DNA of 32,270 nucleotides, from positions 1 to 32,270 of the forward strand of contig JBBMKC010239316.1 of NCBI GenBank assembly GCA_037834085.1, given 5' to 3'. The position numbers and the translations under genes are program-made. The notes under the pieces were generated by a model. The model was given only the letters and a program-made list of their open reading frames with translations, had not been told where the DNA came from and searched no databases. Shown in pieces: positions 23,901 through 32,270 of the stretch. How positions within the stretch are numbered: the first letter of the stretch is position 1; each line of letters starts with the position of its first letter. Origin of the DNA: Bipalium vagum (taxonomy: Eukaryota).

Positions 23901-24691
23901 GCCAATATCATGATATTTTGAGGCAATCGAAGATAAAATAAGAACTTCAAATATCAACCGAAAAAGAACGTTATAAAATTCTGTTATTATTTTTTGCAAT
24001 GTTATTAATTTTTTTCTAAAGATGTTAATGTCTTCCATAATCTAATCTAATTATAATTTATTTGTTCTCTAATTTGTTCTAAAAGATAATTGAAAAAATT
24101 ATTTTAATTGAACTCTGGACAAAAAATTGAAAAAACAAAATGTACCACCGAATTTACTAATCAATATGAAATTGTTTTAATTTTGAAAACCCTCAAAAAC
24201 CCCTCTTCATTTTAAAAATAAGGACCAAAAAGCACTCTCAGTCAGTAAAAACCGAGTCACAAAGCAAAACTCACACTATTATAAAACTTTCTGTCATGTC
24301 AATTACATTTAATTACTGTTCCTTTTTATTAAAAAAATGATACGTTTCTTCAAGTACTCTTTGAAATATTTAAAAGTACACAAATGGGCGTCAACAAGCA
24401 AAAAATAGTAATCATAATCGATTTTTTTGATAATAAAGATCTAAGAAAATTTCAAATTAAATTAATTAAAATCGTTTCCCGGGATTCATATCCCACTTTT
24501 TATTTTACCTCTTATTTAATCAAATAGGTTTACGATTTCAAGGTATGCTAAACCTATAGATTTATTTCAAAAACAACTAATTAAATTGGAATTTTTCTAA
24601 AAATTTTAAAATCATAACATAAAATAATAAAAATATTTTAGCTAAGAACTATTTTTAATAAAAATCAATAATATTATTATTAATAATTATA

Positions 24692-24732
<41 letters not shown>

Positions 24733-27700
24733 TAATCATAATACTAGTGCTAATAAAAATAAGTTGTATCACGAAATATGACTATATCCTCACTGTTCAA
24801 TAATTCTCTTAATCTGGGTTTCAATTTTCAATGATTATCATCATTAAGGTCGCTTAACATTAATAATTAGTATCAAATCCTAGAAAAAATAAAGCACAAT
24901 AAATTTGTAAAAAGCATACTTGAACAGAAAAATGTACGGTTGTCTGATTTTCTTTATCTGTCTTAATTTTCTTATTAATTGGTTCAAATAATCTGCATTT
25001 GTCTTTCCACTGAGATAACTGGCATGGGTATGGTCCTTCTTGGATTCCAAAATAAGGAACATCGGAACTGCTCAATCTATGAGGAGCATTTATCAAATAG
25101 GAAAAAACCATGGGTAATGTTTCTATGTCACTTGTAGATGGAGCGCCATATACGTGTAGTTTATAAAAACATCCACTTTTTATAAATCTCAAGTGAAAAG
25201 AAACAGACTGCAACTCTTTTTCTTGAAAAATGTTCTGTTGCAATAAATATTCAGTGTAGTCCTAAATAAAAGAAATTTAATAAAAAATAAATTACAAACA
25301 ACCTTACCTTTTCTTCCTCTGTTAAACTTAGATCAACAAGCTGCCCCAATATTTTAATTGAACGAGATTGAGGAAGAGTTATAGAAACTGTCAGATCATG
25401 ATGTTCCGTTTCATCATCTTTACTGTTATGCTTATTTGAAACGGTAATGTAAGGATCAGGATGAGATGATAGTTCTATTCCAAGCTCTTGAAACTCTGCT
25501 TGTGATCCAATTGCTCCACCTGGATTTATGTCCGGAAGTCCCAATGGTAATTCACAACCTCGTTCATTAAACACAAATATTTGCCAAACCTATTGTCAAA
25601 ATTAAATATGTAGAAGAAAATTTTAAAATAATAAAATTTGGAACATTTACAGGAATTAATAAGATAGTAACTATTTCTTAGTATTTATCAGTGTCTCCAT
25701 GTATTAGAGTGGGTGATATTAGAGTGGGTGAAAATAGCTAAGACTTTAAAGTGAAAGACCAAAAATAAAAGTTATGGAACATTTAAACTTATCAAAATAT
25801 AAACTACTGTGTTTTTATTGTCTTTAGTCATCGTTCGGCAAACCCTTTATTCATATGTTATACCATTCTACGTCCTTGGAAGCAAAAAATGGAGTCAATC
25901 ACAAATTTTCATATCATCATGATACTGATCCTTCACCCTCTACCTCGCATATCTTCCTTGCTTTATCTTTTGGTTTCCAGTTTTTTCCAGTAATGTCTCA
26001 GAATAACTCTGATTTCGATGAGTAAATAGCTCATTTTGAAAGTAAATATCTAAATAAAATTTCAAAATGAACGCGTGTTTTTAATATTAAAACAATCGGC
26101 TTAATGAATAATATTATTTCGATATTTGAAAGTTAACATACTTAAAAAATTTCATAAGGATTGCTTGTTCTTTAAATTATTGAGTGGAATCATTTTGAAC
26201 ACACATAAAACTGTAAACTTTCGTTTTTTGTAATTTAAATAAAAATAAAATTGTTTGTCAGTTTTGCTTTCCTCACCTTTTCAAATGTGCAAAATTGTGG
26301 ATTGACTTTTCGAAAACCGTCAATTTTTAACAGGAAATATATCAAATAATAGCAAAAATAAGAAAATATACTGGTTCCAAAAGAAATTTATTTAGAAGCA
26401 CAATAGTTGGTATCTAAAAACTTAATTCAAATGTTGAAATTATTCCTTTCGAGAAAAGTATCTAGTACAAGGTTATAACTATGCTGTCCTCCGGAAACAA
26501 CAAATATGTCTTGATTGGCACAGGAAGAAATAAATATTTTCAGAGCAGGATAAAATCTTGTTCAGTACTTAATCAATTATGAACTTGAAGATAATAGAAT
26601 CCGTTCTTGGTCTCTGACAATTTGAAACTTTGATGAAATCTAAGCTTAATATATTATGTCTAACACATTCTTGAGTTAAAACTATTTAACTATTTGTGGT
26701 GACATTCTTAATGAAAATGACAATAAAAATAGTTTCGATCATGAGTCAAGAATTTTAAGATTTTAATCAAAATCTTATTAATTGTTTTAATTCTGAATTA
26801 TTTAAAATAAATTACTTTCGATGTCTATTGGATGTCTAGATATCTATTGAATGGAAATGAAAAATTGTAATTCAAAATAATTGTCCTCATTTTGCGAGAA
26901 TACTCTGGTTTTAGTGTTATAATGATCACCTATTATCTAAAAAACTGTCTCCATAATTTGGCTGCAACTCTTTAAAAAAATCTCCCAGATAATTGTCTTA
27001 TCTGATGCGTATGACTCTGATAATTGATATTATGTTTAATGGTGGTGTTGTACAGAATAAATTAGAAAATAAAATTGGACTTCAGTGGTTTTGGAATTTT
27101 TTTTTGTTTTTCTGATTTATTCATTTTATATATTTTTTAAACTTTCTATTACTATTAGCTTCTATATAAGGTACTTAACAGTTTTAAGATTATTGATTTT
27201 TAAAATTTTATTGACTTAACAAATTCGCGACTCAAAATTCATGGGTATTTAAAATATTTAGGAAATTCGTATTTGTGTTGGAATCTTCACGTGTTACTCG
27301 ATCACTTAAGATTACAATCTTTAAATTGACTCTCAGTACTTTTAATTTTCCCTTCTTGTTTCTCTCGTTTTCTATGTAATTGTTGGGTTATTATAGTTTA
27401 GGAACTTGTGATTTAATCTTGAAGATATGGAATTGTGATTTTTAATATGGTTGTCATGATTGAGCTCTTATTTGTTCTTATAATAAAAATAATTAATAAA
27501 TTTATAAGATCTCCTTTTTTAGGAAAAACTGAATTATAAATTTTGTTTGATTAACAGGTTAACATTTAGGTGGGGATGGTTTCAAAAGGATAAAAAACAG
27601 GTGGTCAGAAAAATAAGGTTTTGAAAAGTCATTATTAGGGCTGGTGATTTAGCAATGACTAACTGATATTAATATCCTTTATGTCACACTTGAATTCTAA

Positions 27701-28321
27701 AAATGTCTTTTTTTCATTATCAATCTCAGAAAATAGAAGACCCCTTTAAAACTTAAATTGTATCAATTGATTTCTTATCGTGCACATAATTCAATATTTC
27801 TAAGGCTAATTTTTCACACGAAGTCTATTTCATTTGCAATATAAATAAAATAAGATCATATTTCTCACCAAAAAATATGAAGAATCCTCATTTTCAGGAT
27901 TGTTAGCATACACTTCCAATGCATATTCACCAGCGTCAGGTAAAAAAGCTAATATGATAAATTTGTCAACAACATTGGTTTCATATGTATTTCGTTGTAA
28001 CAAGCGACTGGTTAACTTGCTATCTTCATGAAAAGAACTTTTTAGACGACCCATTAATTGCGGAAAATTTTCCTTTGTCTTGAGAAAGAAATGAATTAAG
28101 TTATTTGACATTAAATTTAACAAACCTTGTCTTCTCGGAAAAATGAAACTTCAAATTCTCCATGTGATATTCTTATTATAGAACTATCCTTTAATGAACA
28201 ATTTATATTATATTGGTATGCCATTCCTGTTTTGCCATAAGAGGATTGCTGGGTCGGAGGATATGGTACTACGTGGTCTTCTTCCACATGTTTCTGAGAG
28301 TTAACATTACTATTAAAAATT
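20927..28321 (-). CDS. 3' part (last 5 exons) of a hillarin / kyphoscoliosis peptidase (KY)-like protein with tandem KY-type Ig-like domains
   Basis: Exons ~28321-28126, 28078-27869, 25589-25308, 25261-24920 and 21130-20927 join in frame via phase-0 GT-AG introns of 47, 2279, 46 and 3789 nt. The repeated modules PYPP....YG, FLPDAGEYALEVYAN...SYFLVWQIF and RFIKSGCFYKLHVYG...LPMVFSYLI, and the terminal VHFSVQIPDALHVAV...WSGDV...YSTLLEY, are typical of hillarin/ltd-1/KY C-termini. The first acceptor is uncertain (28321, 28309 or 28293). Upstream exons are not in the window. Confidence 0.82.
24695..24730. repeat. (TAA)n microsatellite, ~12 units
   Basis: Read directly from the sequence; intronic. 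Confidence 0.95.
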
Positions 28322-28653
28322 CTTGTAGAATATAAGAACAAAAATAAAATTCATTATTTAACAATTAAAAATACCTTTCAAAATTAATTAGGAACAAAAT
28401 CTTCAATATTTTAATTATCTTAAAATTTCTCTTAATGATTGGCTTTAATTGAAAAATAAAAAAGATGATAATTTGGTAAAACTTAGGACACTTTTTATTC
28501 TATATAATACATTAAATACTGTTAATCTAACGGTTGTTTGATTACGTAAACATACTGAGTAAGTCATAAATAATGCAACCACTTTAAGTCTGTTTTTCAG
28601 TGATATTTTAAATTGATTTTTTTATTTTTGGATAATTCTTATATTTATAGACA

Positions 28654-29061
28654 ATGGATGAACGATATAATTTGGTTCAAAGAATTTTTGTAGTCTAATA
28701 TTAGTATCAATTAAATAATGCTGAAGAGGTTCGTTGAAAGGCACGTTTTAGAGGTTCCCATGCACAATTCTTCGTCTGGTCCAAAAATCAAAATTTCTCC
28801 CATCGCTGGATCGGTTGAGAAGGCCAAATTACATGGCAACCAAGATCTCCTGCTTTAATTCCACCTGACATCTTTTTATGGGGAGTAATGAAGGATAAAG
28901 TTTATGCAACAAAACCACGCACACTCGATGATTTTAAGACTCCAATTCGGCGAGAGATAATTAACATCTCCACAGACATTTGCAGCAAAATATGTAGACC
29001 TGTCCCCTCCAGACTTGCCGAATGTACATGTGTTGAGGTTCTCAAAACCGAACTATTTTGA
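28654..29061 (+). mobile_element. Internally deleted Tc1/mariner-superfamily transposase remnant (DUF4817 HTH-type N-terminus; maT/DD37D- or DD41D-like C-terminus)
   Basis: MDERYNLVQRIFVV*..YQLNNAEEVR* is fused to FSHRWIG*EGQITWQPRSPALIPPDIFLWGVMKDKVYATKPRTLDDFKTPIRREIINI...RLAEC...ELF*, matching the RWIGR..WPPRSPDLTPLDFFLWG.K.KVY consensus. Confidence 0.88.
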
Positions 29062-30037
29062 AGCCATTTCGTCAAATGAGCACTTTATTGTTGTTGTGGA
29101 ATATATATTTTTTGTTTTGATATATCATTTGAGTGTAGACATTGAGCAGTTAAAATATTAGGCAGTTTCAAGCATGTTGCGCGGCTTATTACTATTTATT
29201 TATACTCTAAAAATTATGTATTATTATTATCTTATACTCAAGGTTACAAAAAGGAAATTAGAAATATGTAAAACAAAAGTTGATATGAATTTTCCAACTG
29301 AATCTCACTGATTCACCTAATCTGAATGATAATTCAATGAGTTTCTGTTATTAACTACTCTAGAGGTTTTGGATAAAGATAAAGACAAGACCATCAAAAG
29401 TAAAGGATGTTTTTAGATGGACTAATTTCGTCCAAATTCATAATTTATAATCACTTGTCCGGGATGAACGAAAATCTATAAAGAAGGTAGAGAAATCCCA
29501 TGAGCTAAGTTCAAGGAAAACAAACAGAAAATTTACTGGCAATTGATATAAATCAATGTGAATCACTTTTTAAGGGGAATTACTTTAGACAAAAAAGAAT
29601 TTTTTTGACAACTGTAACAGATCAAATCGATGCGGATCGATTTTAATGAAAGTATACTCAGGACTATAAATAATATTTAGGAAATTTTTTCTCGACACTT
29701 TCTCGAATATTGAAATGATTTTATCTTTTCCAAGTTGGAAAATCATATATCGAGCTACGTTTCTTACAAATAAAACGTATGTAGAAATATCTTAATTTAG
29801 GCAATCGAAAGAGTTCACTTCTTCAAGAAATATGAAAAAATTGATGATCTGTATCCGTATTTACATACTATTCACAACTCGTGGTCTATGATCATCATCT
29901 ATCTGGATTATTTACACTCTAAAAAACATTGTTTCAATAATACAGCGAAGTCTAAAATGACAATTCAATCCAATATGATAAATTCAAAGACAGTAATTGA
30001 TCTAGTTCAGAAGACTTTCTTTTAGTTTATTTATACA

Positions 30038-30839
30038 TGTTGGGTTAGCCAAGAGTACATCCCTGTAAACTTTTGTAAAAACATGCTAGAGACCGCAATA
30101 GGGTCTAGACTAGTAATTAATATAAATTAATTATTAAAACGGCAAAGGGTCAGAATTAAAATAATAATAATTAATTAATTAATTAAAAAGTACATTAAAA
30201 CAAAAATGGGAAATTAATTATTTTTAAAGGATCTAATCTTGACAATGGCGAACCTAAATTGCCAAGATTAGATCAGGGTCCGCAAGGAGGGACCGATTTA
30301 GAATTATTGATCTAAAAATGGAATCAACATTCTCCATTAATCAAACTGATCTAAGACTGATTAGTCGTCTGATCAGAATGGTATATAAGGAGTTGGAATC
30401 CGCAGTGGATTGCCACAAAAGTTTACGAGACAGAACTCTACAAGACGAGACAAATTCTACAAGACGTTAGAAGGAACAGAACTCTACGAGACGTTGGAAG
30501 CCTTTAACAGTAACCATTCTTTATGCCCTCTGTGCTGTTAGGGGGTTTCTGAGTGGACCGGATTGGGCTCAGCTAACAACCCTGTGGACCTGTCGTCACA
30601 AGTGGTGAGAATATGTTGATTTTATTTTTTTCTTTTTAATTAATTGATATTTAATCTTTGCTGACATTTAATTGATATTAGTATTTGATTATTTAATTTT
30701 AATTTAATTGATTATTATTCTTGACATATCAATATCAGTGTGATTGATTGCAGAAATTTTATTGATTATTTGAAACATGTTGTTATTGTTATTTTAGCAA
30801 TAATGTGTTTTTCGTAGTTGTTTGATTCACTCATTTGCG
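30038..30839 (+). mobile_element. LTR-like element D, truncated at a Tc3-like insertion
   Basis: Starts TGTTGGGTT. It has a palindrome-rich block at 30230-30376, TATATAA at 30382-30388, three ~20-nt repeats ACAGAACTCTAC(A/G)AGACG at ~30430-30495 and a T-rich tail. Homologous to element C. Confidence 0.65.
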
Positions 30840-30841
30840 TA

Positions 30842-31860
30842 CAGGTATTGACAAAAGTGAAGGGGTCAGTAAAATTTGCGAGCTAAGTGTTACGACAGTG
30901 TTCATAGTAAAATAATAGCGTAACATACAAATTTATTGTCTTACCGCAAATATGACACTATATCCTGTTAAATAAATAAGCATAACTTAATTTAATTACA
31001 GAAAAAATTAAAACTTAGTTAAATGAAGCGAACAATATTTATTGACACACTTCGAAAAAAGGGATTTTAAAGAAGAAACGTGAAGTGAGTTTCTAATATT
31101 TACTGGAAGAGCCGAGATTATTAATAGCTTGATAAATTCTATGTGAAATAGAATTCATCAGATTTTCCAATGCTCCGAGGATGGAGGATAGCAGATTTCA
31201 GATTTTTAATGTATTGGAAATTTCTTCTACCTTCATAATCTTTACGGACAAATACTCCCCATAAATGGGTACCAGGCCATATGTTCATTGCTTCTTTCTT
31301 GAACACAGTGCAAAGTGGATCTGGCCACTTGACATCGACAGTTATCTTTTAGAAAATGAAATTATCGCTGCATTCATTCAGGAAAGGAAAATGTTTAATT
31401 CCTCTGATCTTCCATTTACTTTTGCTTTCCAGAAACAAATGCTGGAGTTGACTTTTTATTGAAACTGAAACATGTACACATCATTAAAGAGTTAACCAAC
31501 TCTACTTTTCTCGAATGGTACATAATTACAAGAAAACCATTTTATCCGTATAGATTAATTTTCTTGTCACTCCATATCATTTTTTGCATTGATCGTCCCA
31601 ATTCATTTTATCTTTAACCTAAGGCAATTTTTATTTTTTGTATTGCATCTTCCGTTCCACTTTACTTTTATTTTTGGGACCGGGTAAAATAAATAGTTCT
31701 TTAAAACACCTCTAATGGTTTTCTTTACAAAGATTTAAATATAGATCGCTTTTTATACGTCCAAGACTGGTTGCCTTATTGCTTGCTTCTCTGATAATTA
31801 GTTGCTTTGTTCCATCAGACAGCTTTTTTTTCAGCCTACACTTTTTATTTCTCTACCAAG
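30842..31860 (-). mobile_element. Decayed Tc3-like (DD34E) transposon, 5'-truncated
   Basis: Minus strand gives KLSDGTKQLIIREASNKATSLGRIKSDL..TIRGVL, NWDDQCKKMIWSDKK.NL.G.NG, SLMMCTCFS..AFVSGKQ, FHFLKDNCRCQVARST, LWGVFVRKDYEGRRNFQ..LKSAI and LENLMNSISHRIYQAI...KY*, collinear with Tc3 transposase. A TIR-like TA-CAGGTATTGACAAAAGTGAAGGGG starts at 30840. Confidence 0.88.
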
Positions 31861-31890
31861 ATTCTTTAAATAATAATTATAATATTATAA

Positions 31891-31930
31891 TCGATGGAAA
31901 GGTCCCGGGTTCGAATCCAGGTATCTCCGA
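31891..31930 (+). pseudogene. 3' half of a tRNA-Ala-like sequence (tRNA pseudogene or 5'-truncated SINE head)
   Basis: AGGTCCCGGGTTCGAATCCAGGTATCTCC contains a Pol III B box/T arm (GGTTCGAATCC) and resembles eukaryotic tRNA-Ala 3' halves. There is no A box, D arm or 5' acceptor strand upstream. Confidence 0.6.
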
Positions 31931-32270
31931 TTAATTTCCTCTAAATTTCCGATTAAAACTCTGACTAAATGTTATATTTTTCAAGGAAGTAAAATACTTT
32001 TAGCGAAATTTAAGATCACAAGCAATTTAAATACTAATTCACAAACCAATAGTTAACTTAGAACGTGCAGTTAAATGAGATTCTTAGTGATTTCAGTGTT
32101 GACGTCGAAAATAAGAATATTTTTAGGTTTAAACATTTTTTTCATGATTTTGATATATATTAGGTTGTCTAATAAATTCGCGCCGTTGTTTTTGATGTCG
32201 TTTTGAATGACATTAGATGCATCTATTATTAATTTAATTTAATATTTAAATAGACAGATCACGTGTTTGT

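Noticed and set aside
28375-28440. Possible further hillarin-like exon upstream of a 53-nt GT-AG intron
   Set aside because: The translation IIKRNFKIIKILKILFLINFER is AT-biased and does not fit the repeat pattern; more likely intronic.
28722-28765. CTGAAGA-GGTTCGTT-GAAA minimal hammerhead-like motif
   Set aside because: No valid stem III or NUH cleavage site, and it lies in transposase-derived coding sequence (NAEEVR).
30425-30495. Short direct repeats as a CRISPR-like array
   Set aside because: Eukaryotic context, only three degenerate ~20-nt units with no unique spacers and no cas genes. They are internal repeats of element D.
31265-31462. 65-aa plus-strand ORF
   Set aside because: Antisense shadow of the decayed Tc3-like transposase.

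Overview
Very AT-rich eukaryotic (animal) genomic DNA. Introns are either tiny GT-AG introns of 44-55 nt or transposon-rich introns of 2-4 kb. This architecture is compatible with a free-living flatworm/planarian, but that is inference only. I reconstructed three spliced genes by hand. (1) A complete 10-exon NCKIPSD/SPIN90 homolog (+, 529..6297, 576 aa; SH3 plus SPIN90/Ldb17 domain). (2) A complete 3-exon CSPP1-like centriole/cilium gene (+, 15580..18419, 886 aa). (3) The last five exons of a hillarin/kyphoscoliosis-peptidase (KY)-like gene (-, 20927..~28321), whose 5' part lies outside the window. The rest is mostly decayed transposons. At 7.86-14.5 kb a mariner is split by two solo-LTR-like insertions. 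One is a 2089-bp TG..CA element with a perfect GATG target duplication whose removal restores the transposase frame. Next come a long-TIR foldback/MULE-like element and a third LTR-like element. Elsewhere are an intact Merlin-type MITE (8-bp TSD) upstream of CSPP1, three more Tc1/mariner remnants, pogo/Tigger ends, a fourth LTR-like element homologous to the third, and a tRNA-Ala-like 3' half. I found no convincing new biological system. The most novel-looking material is the large palindrome-rich LTR-like elements and their nesting and target pattern.
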